A stretch of DNA of 64,000 nucleotides from NCBI RefSeq assembly GCF_009914755.1, contig NC_060928.1. One strand, given 5' to 3'. Source of the stretch: the human T2T-CHM13v2.0 reference genome, Homo sapiens. This document shows positions 20,770 through 42,829 of this stretch, one piece after another. Within the stretch, counting starts at the first letter, position 1. Every line of letters begins with the position of its first letter. The position numbers and the translations under genes were made by a program. Below the pieces are notes generated by a model. It saw only the letters and a program-made list of their open reading frames with translations. It searched no databases and was not told the origin of the DNA.

Positions 20770-21988
20770 CTAGTTTTACATAAAAGACAGGGGAAAAAGT
20801 CCATGGTCAAACATCTCTGACTTTTCCTTTCCCCTATTCCAGCCACACTAGTTTTCCTGCTATCCCTCAAACTCAAGTCTATTTCCACGTTGGGCCTGTG
20901 TGCTTGCTAACCCCTCTGCCTGGAAAGCTTTTCCCCTGGGCATGGCTTGCTCCCTCCCTTTGTTCAGATCATTGCAAATACTACCCTCCAAAGAGGACTT
21001 CCCACATACCCTATCTAAAATAACGGACACCATCACTCTCTAAGCAAACTTAATTTCTCATCATAGAGTTTATCATCCAATATTTGTTTACTGTTTGTCT
21101 ACCCGACTAAAAAGCAAGCTCCAGGAGTTGGGTGCGGGGGGGCTGTCTTGTGGATATTTACAATCCCCAACATCATCTCCTGGGTCACAGGAACTCAATA
21201 AACATTTGTTGATTAAACAAACGGTGCCCCTGATAATAAATGACAAGAATCAAAGAAAAACACCAATATGCATACTTTCAAACAGTTTATTCAATAAAAT
21301 GCGTATTAACAACTTCATAAATTTCCATCGTGCTGCCTTTAGAGGACTTTAGAGTAGGGTAGAATAATAGAGAAAGGGAGGGAAACTTGTTGCCTTCAGC
21401 ACATAAATCCAATATATTTGAATATCTTATTTTACATCCATGTTGAGATGGAACCTAATGTCTCCAAAAAATAACAAATTTGAAACTGTTTTTATTCCTG
21501 TTAAATACTGGAATCAAACTTTATCCAAACAAGCTTAAAAGGAGAAGCAATATTCAGATGATAACCTAAGAATACACATTTGACTTAGCTCCCTGTTCCA
21601 TTATCCCTCAAGATGATTAAATCAATATAAAAGAGAAAATTCAAGCATCATCAGAAATTAGAAAGGGGTCTCACCCTTCATCTGAAACTTCTGAATTTTC
21701 ACAAAGGTATTTTGACATGAGACAAAAGAGAATCAATCTGCCCTTACATCGGCCATATCTGCTGTGCTCCATCCACTCCAAGAGCCTGCCTGCCAGTCTA
21801 CTCCACTAAGGTGAGGCCCAGAAGAAAATGGCCCACACTTAATTGCTCCCCTCCATCAAATTCTCTGCACTAAATACCAACTGCAATCTTCAACAGACTC
21901 TGTCTATCCTCTGAGAGAAAGAGAGAATACAATCTCGTGTCAAGCTCTGATACAGCCTGTGCTATTTATCAACACTAAATAAAGTGTA

Positions 21989-22534
21989 CAACCGTATCCC
22001 CTTATCCAGGTTTCATTTTTCAAGGTTTCAGTTAACCTCAGTCGACAATATTAAATGGAAAATTTCAGAAATAAACAATTCATAAGTTTTAAATAGCACA
22101 TCATTCTCAGTAGCGTGATGAAATGTCACGCTGTCCTGCTCCATCCTGCCCACCCGGGACATGAATTATCCCTTTGTCCAGTGTGTCCACATCCACACTG
22201 TCTATGCTACCCACCCGCTAGTCACTTAGGAGCAGTCTCAGTTATCAGATCCACTCTCGCAGTATCACAGTGCTTGTGTTCAAGTAATCTTTATTTTACT
22301 TAACAATGGTCCCAAAGCACAAGAGTAGTGATGCTGGCATATTGTTATAATTGTTCTATCTTATTAACTATTGTTGTTAATCTCTTACTGCGCCTTATTT
22401 AGGAATTAAACTTTATCAGAGGTATGTATGTATGGGAAAAAAACATAGTATACATAGGATTTGGCACTATCTGAGGTTTCAGGCTTCCACTGGGGTCTTG
22501 GAACACATCTACTGAGGATAAGGGGAAACTACTA
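21989..22534 (+). mobile_element. MER44-type TcMar-Tigger DNA transposon
   Basis: Terminal inverted repeats 'ccccttatcc'/'ggataagggg', TA flanks, internal 'aaatggaaaatttcagaaataaacaattcataagttttaaat'. Confidence 0.85.
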
Positions 22535-22824
22535 TATAGGAAAAAAAATCACCAATCTTATGACACGAATTGGCAAATACAGAGGACTGGTGAAATTCTC
22601 AGAATTTCAGAGATAATGACCTTGAAATTCTTAACAAAGATGTGAAAGGCAAAACTACTTGCTTTTCTAAGATATAAGTTCTTTTTGTGGGGGTAGGTGG
22701 TGAGGTGGTCAGGCTTACCAAACCAGCACCTGCAATCAGGGTTAGAGATGACAAGACACTTTCAAGAAAACACGAAGCAAGTAATCAGAAAAATAAAGAT
22801 ACAGAGGCCATTAACAACATTATC

Positions 22825-23482
<658 letters not shown>

Positions 23483-25302
23483 TTAGTTATTTGAAAATTC
23501 CAATAAAATTATCAAAATTCAGCAAATCAAGAAAATCTGACAGGGGCAGGTAGTTTAAGAGATGGACAGAAAAACATACAACTATGACATCAATAGTGAG
23601 AAATGGATTATAACTACAGAAATAAAGGTTTTTTTAATGGAATGTGCCTTTGGAATCAGTAATCTCATCTCAATTTTTAAAGATTTTTAAATAGCAGGCT
23701 ACCTCTGCAAGGATGCACTAAAACTTATAATACTGTTTGCCTCCAGAAAGGAATACTGTATAGCAACTTAAAAAAAAATGGGAAGAAGAGACATCTGGTT
23801 TCTGATCTGACCTGAAAGAAGCTTGGAAGTCATCACTCCAAAATAAGTAAAAAGCGAACAAATTGAAAAAACAACAACAACAACTAATCTTAGCTCCTTA
23901 AAAGAAATGAGGTCATAAGGCAAACCACTGCCCCACTGCCCCCCAAATTGGAGGGACATACAGAAGGATACAGAGAATCACAACTTACCATAGTAGAAAC
24001 CCATGAGCAGAAGGTTGAGGGAACCAGTGCAAGGGAAGAAAAACCTGACCTGTAATTGACAAATTGTTGGAGGATCAGTGTAAGAAAGTCTGAGAGTCAA
24101 AAACTCCAGGGAACCCAGTCAGAAGGGGCCTATCGCACTTTTTCTGACTTTTACCTCCAGGAGCTTGACCTAAGTTCTCACAGTGAATATCAGAAAAATC
24201 CCCCCTACTTCCAAAAGAGAGGAAAAACAACCATTTTGAAATGCACCACAACATTCTGTTTTTAACAAGGCTTGCCCTCAGGAGAAACTATTTAGCCAGA
24301 GACTAACTTGCTAACTACCCCTAACTAACTTGGGGGTAGGTTAATACCTAATCCCAGTCAGCCTTAGCCTTCCATGTGGAGGAAAAGAAATACCTAACTC
24401 TAGGCAGTTCTAGCCTTCCATGTGGCAGACAGGAAATACCCAACTCTAGCCTACTCTTAACTATACTGTCCCACCTAAGGGAGTACTGAGAAGCACTTGT
24501 GAAGCTGATAATCCAGAGGCACAGACTCACTAAAAGACTGAGATCTAATCAGAGGACTATAGAAGACCTCCCCTTCCTCCACACCTTGCCACCACATTAT
24601 AAAACCCTATATTAAACAGCTCCTTTTACACAGTACATCATGTCCAGCTACAAAGAAAAGATCACAAGGCATACTAAAAGGCAAATAATGTAGTTTGAAA
24701 AGACAGAGCAAGCATCGGAACAAGACTTAGATATGGCAAGACATTGGAATTATCAGATCAGGAACTGAAAACAACTCTGATTAACATGCTAAGAGCTCTA
24801 ATCAATAAAGCAGATGACATAGCAAAAAATATATATATCTGAGATTGAAGATATCTCAATAATAACCTCAAAAACTGGAAAGCAAAGAGTAAAAAGAGTG
24901 GGGGAAAAAAAAACAGAGGACGAAACACAAAACTCAAGAACTGTGGGACAATTACAAAGAGTGTAACATGTGTGAAATGGGAGTACCAGAAGGAAAGGAG
25001 AGGAACAGAAGAAATACTTAAAATAATAATGACTGAGAATTTCCCCCAAATTAATGTCAGATATCAAACCAGATACCCAGGAAGTTAAGAGAACACCAAG
25101 CAGGAGAGATGCTGAAAAAACAAAAAAAGCAAACAAAAAACCTACACTTAGACATGCCAAATCATACGCAACTACAGAAAATCTAAGATAAAGACAAAAT
25201 CCTGAAAGAAGCCAGAAGATAAAAACACCATACCTATAGAAGAACAAAGATAAGATTTACATCCCCAGAATTTCTCCCCAGAAACCATGAAAGTAAGAAG
25301 AG

Positions 25303-30006
<4,704 letters not shown>

Positions 30007-31225
30007 TTAAAAATAAAAATAAAAAAAGGAAAAGGAAAATTATATAGCTCAGAAACTCAGATCTGCAAGGAAAAACTCTGGAGAAGGAACAAGTGAAGGT
30101 AAATTAAAAACTTTTCTTTTTCTTACTCCTAATTAACTTACCAGGAAACAGTTGTTCAAAATAATAATAGCAACAATGTATTAAATTATATATGCATACA
30201 TATGTGTCTATATACATATATACATATATATGTGCATGCTTATGTAGAAGTGACATGTATCAGCAATGATACAATGGAGAGGAGGGAGGAATTAGGATTA
30301 TTTTATTATAATAAGGTACTCACACTACTGATGTATATTGCAAACTCTCAAGCAACCACTTAAAAGTAACACTATACCACTAACAACTTAAAAGTAACAC
30401 TATACCACTAAATGCACATTGCAAACTCTCAGCAACCACTTAAAAAAGCAACAAAGGAATATAATTCACATATCAAAAAAGGAAAGAAAATGGAATCATA
30501 TAAAATGCTCAATTAGAACCACAAAAGGCATAAAAAGAGTAGAAGACAAAAATAGGAACAAAGAACAAGGGCAACAAATAGAAAAGAATAACAAATATTG
30601 TAGATATTAAACCAACTACATCAATAATCACTCTAAACATCAATGGTCTAAATGCACTAATTAAAAGAAAGATTGTCAGAGTGGATCAAAAAAACAAGAC
30701 ATAACTATGTTGTCTACAAGAAACTCACTTTCAATATAAAGACACATATAGATTAAAAGTAAATGGATAAAGAAAGAGATGTCATGCTAACACTAATCAA
30801 AAGAAAGTGGGAGTAGCTATATTAATTTTAGACAGAGCAGACTTCAGAGCAAGGAAAGTTCTCAAAGATAAAGATTAGCATTACATAATGATAAATGGCC
30901 AATTATCCAAAAAGACATAACAATACTAAATGTGTGTGTGTGCCTAACAGAACATCAAAATGTGTGAGTGAAAAACTGATAGAATTACATGGAAAAATAG
31001 ATGAATCCACTATTAGAGTTGTAGACTTCAACATTCCTCTATCAGAAGCAAACAGATCAGAATCAGAAGCAGTAAGGACATAGCTGAACTCAACAACACC
31101 ATTAACCAAATGAATATAACTAACATCTATAGACTAATTCAACAACAGCAGGTTACACATTCTTCTCAAACTCACATGGAACAGTCACTAAGATAGAACA
31201 CATTCTGGGCCATAAAACAAAATTA

Positions 31226-32547
<1,322 letters not shown>

Positions 32548-33123
32548 AAAAGAATAAAAATACACAATATCTGCTCTCAGACCACAATCGAATTAAACTA
32601 AAAATCAATAACAGAGAGACAGGTAGAAAAATCCCAAAATACTTGGAGATTAAACAACACACTTCCAAATGACAGATGGGTCAAAAAATAAATCTCAAGA
32701 GAATTTTTTAAATATTTTAACCACAATGAAAATGAAAATACAACATCAAAACTGTGGGATGCAACAAATGAAATGCTTAGGGGGAATTTTGCTGCCTTAA
32801 ATACATACATAGAAAATGAGAAAAATCTAAAATCAGTAATCTAAGCTTCTACCTTAGGAAACTAGAAAAGGAAGAACAAATTAAATCCAAAGTAAAGAGA
32901 AGAAAAATAAAAATTAGAGTGGAAATCAACAAAATTGAAAACAGGAAATAGAGAAAACCAAAAGCTAGTTATTTGAGAAGATCAATAAAATTGATAAGCT
33001 TCTAGCAGGTTAACTAAGAAAAAAAGAGACATGACACAAACAACTAATATTAGAAAATGAAAGCAGAGACAATACTACAGATTCCATGAGCATTAAAAGG
33101 ATAATAAAGAAATACTATAAACA

Positions 33124-33455
<332 letters not shown>

Positions 33456-33473
33456 CTATGAACAATGTGATCA

Positions 33474-33840
<367 letters not shown>

Positions 33841-35051
33841 GAGAAAGAGGGGACAACCAATAGTACAGATTCCATAAACATTAAAAGAATAATTAAGGAA
33901 TACTATGAACAATGTTTTGCTCATGAATTTGATAATTGAGATTAAATGAGCCAATTCCTTGAAAGCCATAATCTACCAAAATTCACACAAGAAGAAATAG
34001 GCAATCTTAATTGGCCTATATTATTAAAGAAATTGAATCAATAATAACCTTCCAAAAGAGAAAGCACCAGGTCCAGACACATTCACTGGTGAATTCTACC
34101 AAACTTTTAAAAAGACATTATACCAATTCTCTACAATTTCTTTCAGAAGATAGAAGCAGAGGAAATACTCCCAAACTCATTCTATGACGCTAGTATCACT
34201 CTAATACCAAAACCAGGAAACGACATTACAAGAAAACTACAGACTAATATCGATCATGAACATAGATGCAATTACCTTCAACAAAATATGAGTATACTAA
34301 ACCTAACGATGTAACAGAAGAACTATACACTACAACCAAGGTATTTATCCCAGATATGCAAAGCTGGCTCAACATTTAAAATCATTAATGTAATTCATCA
34401 CAGGAACAGGCTAATAAGTCATGTGATCATATAAATAGATGCAGAATAAGCATCTGACAAAATACAACACTCATTCATGATAAAGACTCTCAGTAAATTT
34501 AGAGAGAAATTTCCTCAACTTGACAAGCAATATCTACAAAAAACCTACTGTTAACCTCATTCTTCATGGTGAGAAACTAGGAGCTTTCCCACTTAGATAA
34601 GGAACAAGACAATGGTGTCCCCTCAATACTCCTTTTCAATATCATACTAGACGTCCTAGCTAATGCAATAAAATAAGGAAAGGAAATAAAAAGTATATAG
34701 ATTGAAAAGGAAGACATAAAACTGTGTTTGTTCACAGATGACAGGATCATTTATGTAGAAAAGCCAAAAGAATTAACAAAAAAATTACTGGAACCAATAA
34801 ACAATTATAACAAGGTTGCAGGATACAATGTTAACATACAAAAGCCAACTACTTTCCTATAAACCAACAATGAACACACAGAATTTGACATAACACAATT
34901 TACATTAGTACCACAAAATATGAAACACTTAGGTATAAACCTAACAAAATTTGTGTAAGACCTTTATGACAAAAACTACAAAACTCTGATTAAAGCAATC
35001 AAATAACTAAATAAATACATATTCTATGTTCATGGATAGGAAGACTCAAGC

Positions 35052-35360
35052 TTTTGTTGTTGTTGTTGTTTCAAAGAGATGGGGTCTCACTCTGTCACCC
35101 AGGCTAGAGTGCATGGTGCAATCATTACTCACTGTAACCTCAAGCTACTGAGCTCAAGTGATACTCCAGCCTTAGTCTCCCCAGTAGTTGGGACTACAGG
35201 AATATGCCACCATACATGGCTAACTTTTTTTTTTTTTTTTTTTGGTAGAGACAGGGTCTCGCTATGCTGCCCAGGCTATTCTTTTAACTCCTGGCCTCAA
35301 GAAATCCTATTGCCTCTGCCTCCCAAAGCAATGAGATTACAGGTGTGAGCCACCGCCCCC
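35052..35360 (-). mobile_element. AluJ
   Basis: TSD about aggaagactcaa. Confidence 0.9.
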
Positions 35361-35677
35361 AGACAGGAAGACTCAATATTGTAACAATGTTAGTTATTCC
35401 CAACTTGATCTATAGGGTCAACGCAATCTCAATGAAAATTTCAGGAAGTTATTCTGTGAGTATTGACAAACTGATTCCAAAGTTTATGTGGAAAGACAAA
35501 AGACTTAGAATAGCCAACACAATATGGAAGGAAAGAACAAGGTTGGAGGACTAACACTGCCCAACCCAACACTTACTATGAAGCAACACTCATCAAGACA
35601 AGGGTGAAAGAACAGATAAACAGATCAATGAAACAGAACAGAGAGCCCAGAAATGGATTCACATAAATGTATCAACT

Positions 35678-35980
35678 GGCTGGGCACGGTGGCTCATGAC
35701 TGTAATCCCAGCACATTGGGAGGCCCAGGCAGGTGGATCACTTGAGGCCAGGCGTTGAAGACCAGCCTGGCCAACATGGCAAAACCCCATCTCAACTAAA
35801 AATACAAAAATCAGCAGGGCATGGTGGCATGTGCCTGTAATCTCAGCTACTCAGGAGGCTGAGAAAGGAGAATTGCCTGAACCTGGGAGGAGGAGGCAGA
35901 AGTGAGCCAAGATTGTGCCACTACACTCCAGCCTGGGTGACAGAGCAAGACTCCGTCTCAAAAAAAAAAAAAAAAAAAAA
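35678..35980 (+). mobile_element. AluS
   Basis: Full Alu, TSD atcaact. Confidence 0.92.
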
Positions 35981-36269
35981 TCAACTAATCTTTGAAAATG
36001 GAGCAAAGGCAATACAAGGGAGAAAAGATAGCCTTTTGAACAAATTGTACTGAAACAACTGGACATTCACATGCAAAAAAATAAATAAAGAAATCTAAAC
36101 AGACCTTAAACTCACCACAAAAAAAAAACTCAAAATGAATCACAGACCCAAATCTAAAATACAAAACTTGAAAACTCCTAGAAGAAAACATAGGAGCAAC
36201 TCTAGCTGACCTTGAATTTGGCAATGACTTTTTAGATATGACACCAAAGGCAGGAAACTGATAAGCTGG

Positions 36270-36680
36270 TATCACGGTTTGAATGTCTGCCTCCTCCAAA
36301 ACTCATGTTGAAACTTAATCCTCGATGTGGTAGTATTGAGACACAGGGCCTTTAAGAGGTGACTGGGTCATAAGGGCTCTCACCAAAATTCTTGGATTAA
36401 TAGATAATGTATTCATGAGTTAATGGATTAATGGGTTATCATGGGAACAGAACTGGTGGTTTTGTAAGTAAGAGACCTGAGCTAGAACACGCAGCCATGT
36501 GAAACCCTGCACCACCTTGGGACACTTTAGAGAGTCCTCACTAGCAAGAAGGCCCTCATAAGATGCAGTCCCTCAACCTTGGACTTCTCAGCCTCTACAA
36601 CTGAGAAACAAATTCCTTTTCTTTATAAATTACCTAGTTTCAGGTAATTTGTTAGAAGCAATAAAAAACAGATTAAGATA
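36270..36680 (+). mobile_element. MSTB-type MaLR solo LTR
   Basis: 'ggtttgaatgtc..cctccaaaactcatgttgaaacttaatcc'; 5-bp TSD gctgg. Confidence 0.9.
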
Positions 36681-36849
36681 GCTGGACTGCATTAAAATTA
36701 AAATTTTCTGCTCTGTGAAAGGCACTGTCAAGAGACTGAAAAGAAAAGTCACAGACTGGGAGAAAATATTTGCAAAACCTACATCTGATAAAGTAGCATC
36801 CAAAATACATAAAGAACTCTTAAAATTCAACAATAAGAAAACAATCTGA

Positions 36850-37344
<495 letters not shown>

Positions 37345-37685
37345 TGAGGCAAGAAAAACTAGTGGGAATGCAAAATGAAACAGCCACTTTGAAAGACAGC
37401 TTGGTGGTTTTTTACAAAACCAAACATTCTTATCAAACACATCCAGCACTTATTCGTTGTTATTTACTCAAAGGAGATGAAAACATATTTCTACACAAAA
37501 GCCTACATATGGATACTTATAGCAGCATTATTCATAACTGCCAAAATTTGGAAGCAAACAAGACATTGTTCTGTCGGTGAATAGATTTGATGAAAAAAAA
37601 AAAAGCAAGCTGTGCTACATCCAGACTATGGAATATTATTTAACACTAAAAGGAAATATGCCATCAAGCCATAAAAAGCCATGGA

Positions 37686-38285
37686 GGCCGGGTGTGGTGG
37701 CTCACGCCTGTGATCCCAGCACTTTAGGAGGCTGAGGCAGGTAGATTACTTGAACCCAGGAGTTTGAGACCAGCCTGTGCAACATGGCGAAGACTCATCT
37801 TTATTAAAAAAATAGAAAAATGACCAGGCACTGTGGCTCATGACTGTAATCTCACCACTTTGGGAGGCCGAGGCAGGCGGATCACGAAATCAGATCGAGA
37901 CCATCCTAGCTAATACAGTGAAACCCCATCTCTACTAAAAATACAAAAAATTAGCCAGGCTTGGTGGTACACGCCTGTAGTCCCAGCTACTCAGGAGGCT
38001 GAGGCAGGAGAACTGCTTCAACCCGTGACGTGGAGGTTGCAGTCAGCAGAGATTGCACCACTGCACTCCAGCCTGGGCAGCAGAGAGGGATTCTGTCTGA
38101 AAAAAAAGAAAAATTAGCCAGGCGTGGTTGGACATGACTGTAGTCCCAGCTACCTGGAAGCAGGAGAATCACCTGAGCCTAGGAGGTGGAGGTTGCAGTG
38201 AACCGAAATGGCGCCACTATACTCCATCCCAGGCGACAGAGCAAGACCCTCTCTCAAAATAATAATAATAATAATAGTAATAATA
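37686..38285 (+). mobile_element. Nested Alus: AluSc-like (about 37823-38110) in the linker of an AluJ
   Basis: Left arm, full Alu, then right arm with (TAA)n tail; TSD about catggagg. Confidence 0.88.
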
Positions 38286-39364
38286 AAGACATGGAGGAAA
38301 CTTAAGTGCATATTACTAAGTGAAAGAAGCCAGCCTGAAAACTGACTGGCTGATTTCAACTCTATGACATTCCAGAAATGGTAAAACTATAGAGAGAATT
38401 AAAACATCAGTAGTTGCAGGAGGGATGAGGGATAAACAGGTGGAGCACAGGGAATTTTTAAGGCAATGAAGCTACTTTGTATACTATAATAGTGGATACA
38501 TGTCATTAGAAGTTTGTCCAAACCCATGGAGTGTACAACACCAAAGAGTGAGCCCTAATGTAAACTATGGACTCTGGGTAACAATGATGTATCAATATAG
38601 CTTCATTAATTGTAGCAAATGTACCCCCCTGGAGGGGTATGTTGACAATGGAGGCTATGCATGTGTGGGAGCAGGAAGGAAACAGGAAGTCTCTGTACCC
38701 TCCTCTCAATTTTGCTGTGAACCTGAAACTACTCTGAAAAGTTGTCTTTTTTCAATGAGAAAGAATTTTTTTTACTTTATATGTTGTGCACCTTTTAAAG
38801 TCTGACGTTAATTTTTAGTAGCATGAAGTTTTACTTAACACAATTTGGAGTCTTCATTTTACTTAACCAATTAGCACATAAAATGCTGTTGACCTTGAAA
38901 CTGTTCCCTCATTTGGCTTCCAGGACATCACATTGTGTAAGTTTTCCTCCACTGGCCAGTCCTTCTCAATCTTCATTCCTAGTTCTTACTCTCCCAACTT
39001 CATCATGTTGGATGCCACAGGACTCAGTCTCTGGACCTCTTTTCTATCTATACTCCAACTTATCCAGTCTCACAGCTCTGAATATCATCTTTATGGTATT
39101 TAAAATAGATTGATATTGTCAGTTATTCCCTACTGTAACAGACCAACTCAGGACTGCTATTCATTCTTAGTATTAGTCATGCACTAGCACAATCCAATTC
39201 AGGCATTATTCATGCCTGAACAAAATAAAGTGCTCTCAGGTACCATCACTAGCCCCCAAAAAACTCCAATCATTAAAACTACACATAATACCAATTGTTT
39301 ACAGAAATTTCAATTTGCCAAGAGTGATTTTACTTGTCCCACCCTTTTGGAGGGTAATCTGAGA

Positions 39365-39691
<327 letters not shown>

Positions 39692-40162
39692 TGAGATGTT
39701 TAAAGGTAGAAAAGTAGAAAGAGAATTGAATTAGGGCAATGCTAATCTATTATGTAATCAAAGGCAGAAAAGTAGAAAGAACACTGAATTTACAAGCCTT
39801 TCACTAAATTCTTATCTAGGTGTTACTTTTCCTAGAAAACCACGTCACACCTAAAAATCACAAATCCAGAATCAGAACTATAACAATTACAGGGGTTCAA
39901 TAAGTTCAAAGAGGCTTAGAGATGACTTAGCTTGTTTTTTCAAGCTTTTTTGTTTAAATATCAAGCTTCCATATAATAATTCAAGAAAGGAAACCTGATC
40001 AAGTTGAACCTCTTGTTTAACAGATAGGGAAACTTACAGCCCAGAAATGTTTGCCCATGGATAAAGCTCTCACTGGTAATACCAAGACCAGAAAGTAATT
40101 CTCCTGTTCCCTAATTCAATGCTCTTTCTACTTTTCTACCTTTAAACATCTCAGTGAATACT

Positions 40163-40606
40163 TGTGTGATTAATTTTATGTGTCAACTTGGCTAGTCCAT
40201 GGTACCCACATGTTTGGTCAAACATTATTCTAGATGTTTCTGTCCAGATATTTTTTATATGAGATTAACACTTAAATCAGTAGACTCTGAGTAAAGCAGA
40301 TTACCCTCCAAAAGGGTGGGTTTCATCCAATCAGTTGAAGGCCCTGATGGAGAAAGACTGACCTTTTCAGAAGGGGGAATTCTGCTAGCTGACTGAATTA
40401 CAACTCTTCCCTGGGTCTCCAGCCTACCCCGCAGATTTTTGACTTGTCAAGCCTCCACTATCACTTGGGCCAATTTTTAAAAATTTAACAATTTAACAAC
40501 TCTCCCTTTCCCTCTGTCTTCCCACCACCCCCATATACATGTGTACATGTGTGTGCACTGCACACATACACATTTTTGGTTCTGTTTCTCTGCAGAACCC
40601 TAACAC
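40163..40606 (+). mobile_element. MLT2-type ERVL LTR
   Basis: 'ttaattttatgtgtcaacttggct...agactctgagtaaagcagattaccctcc...ttctgtttctctgcagaacccta'. Confidence 0.85.
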
Positions 40607-40719
40607 AACCTATGTGAGCATCTAGATGAATTTCTGTAATTAATAGGTCAGTAAATGTATTTACTAAGAATGTTAAGAAAGCCTGTGACCAAATATATAG
40701 AAATAGTACGAATTAGTAG

Positions 40720-40895
40720 GGGAGGGGGGTGATTGCTAATGGGTAAGAAATTTCTTTTTGGGGGTGATATAAATGGTCTAAAATTAGACATTGGTGATAG
40801 TTACACAACTCTGTAAAAATACTAAAATCCACTGGATTGTATACTTTGCAAAGGTGAATTTTATGGTATATGAATTACAGCTTAATAAAGCTATT
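40720..40895 (+). mobile_element. L1MB/ME extreme 3' fragment
   Basis: 'ttttggggggtgat...gtgaattttatggtatatgaatta...aataaagct'-type L1 3' terminus. Confidence 0.7.
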
Positions 40896-41717
40896 ATATA
40901 TTGTTGAAGGAGGGGAAGGAGAGAGGAAGAAAAGAAGGAAAGAAAGCCAGTCAGCCTGTGAAACTAACAGGCATTATAAATGACAAGGAAAAAAATGTTA
41001 ACTACTTCATAAATTAATATTTACTCTTTCAAAGTCACTGAGTTACACAGGGAACCCCAAAGAAATGTTAGAGAATGGAATCAGAGAAAACCAACAAATA
41101 GTTGCATATGCCTGATTTTTTTTCTTTTTCTTAAATCAAAGGCAGCAAAGCAGTTAAATAAAACCTGTGACATCTGAGAGATCAACTAAAAACTGCATTA
41201 AGGAGAAATGTCTCAGTTAACAGTGACATGTGAAACCAAACTACAGAACTAAAATCTTTCATTTGGGATAACTTTAACTGTTTTAAAAATCCTTCCCATA
41301 CTTAGTCAAATCACAGGAATCATTTCAAACCACAAAAAGTTTCTATTGTATTTACCATATTTGCGCTATTTGCAAAGATTACAATGTTTATTATGAAATC
41401 CTCAATATCTCCCACCCATAATATAGTGTGAACTTAAGTGATAGGCACTCAATATGAAAAACAGACTTTAAAAAAAAGAATACAATATGAATAGTGCTTC
41501 TGTGTACAAAGAAGGCGGCAAAGGATAATAGATGTCCCAGTAAATTATGATTACATTGAGAAATTCAGTATAGCTAGAATAAATTGTGCATTTATAGGGA
41601 TTGGCAAGAAATAAGGTCAAAAAGCTAGGCTGGAATTTGGATAGATAGTCCAAGAGGGCTTTTAATCAGGGGAGCAAAATCATCAGAATTGAGTTTTAGA
41701 AAGATATATACAGTGGC

Positions 41718-42332
41718 TGTTGGTGGGACTGTAAACTAGCTCAACTATTGTGGAAGACAGTGTGGCGACTCCTCAAGGATCTAGAACTAGAAATACCATT
41801 TGACCCAGCAATCCCATTACTGGGTATATACCCAAAGGATTATAAATCATGCTGCTATAAAGACACATGCACACGTATGTTTATTGCAGCACTATTCACA
41901 ATAGCAAAGACGTGGAACCAACCCAAATGTCCATCAATGATAGACTGGATTAAGAAAATGTGGCACATATACACCGTGGAATACTATGCAGCCATAAAAA
42001 AGGATGAGTTCATGTCCTTTGTAGGGACATGGATGAACTGGAAACCATCATTCTCAGCAAACTTATCGCAAGGACAAAAAACCAAACACTGCATGTTCTC
42101 ACTCATAGGTGGGAACTGAACAATGAGAACACTTGGACACAGGGTGGGGAACATCACACACCGGGGCCTGTTGTGGGGTGGGGGGAGTGGGGAAGGATAG
42201 CATTAGGAGATATACCTAATGTAAATGACGAGTTAATGGGTGCAGCACACCAACATGGCACATGTATACATATGTAACAAACCTGCACGTTGTGCACATG
42301 TACCCTAGAACTTAAATAATAATAATAATAAA
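41718..42332 (+). mobile_element. 5'-truncated L1PA4/5 inserted in an antisense L2
   Basis: Perfect 20-bp TSD agaaagatatatacagtggc; 3'UTR 'gtaaatgacgagttaatggg'. Confidence 0.95.
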
Positions 42333-42829
42333 AGAAAGATATATACAGTGGCAGATACTAAAGGAAGAAAGACTTAAGAGAGGACAATAATTATCTAGGT
42401 GAGAAATTATAAAGGCCTGTCATAGGACAGTGACTATGAAATTGAAAAGGAAGGAAAACAGATTGAGACATTTAGAAGATGATTGATTTAAAGATGTCTA
42501 GTGCAATGTAGGTACTCAGTATCTTAGAGTAAATAAAAAAAATATATATGGTGGTTAACTGATTTCCATGAGTCCTGAATTTGAGTCCTGAATTAAGTAC
42601 AATGTCAAAAAGAAAATTTGGAACTACTGGTAAGATATAAGTTCATTAAAAATCACTGAGGAATGTTTCAAATCAATCAAGCACCTCCGTGCGTGAACAG
42701 CAAAGGCACATACATTTGCATTTCCCACAGGATGGGTCACTGTGGTTAGGAGTCGGCACAGCCCTCTTCTCTAAGGATCTGGATTTCTCTACTACTAACT
42801 GGTCTATTGACAGGTAGCAGTTGAAGAGT

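Noticed and set aside
21730-21830. Possible small exon (cttac at about 21743, AAG|GTGAGG at about 21810)
   Set aside because: Only isolated donor-like motifs; no convincing paired acceptor or recognisable frame.
30337-30446. Repeat-spacer pattern resembling a CRISPR array
   Set aside because: Only two units, embedded in a mammalian LINE, with no unique spacers or cas genes.
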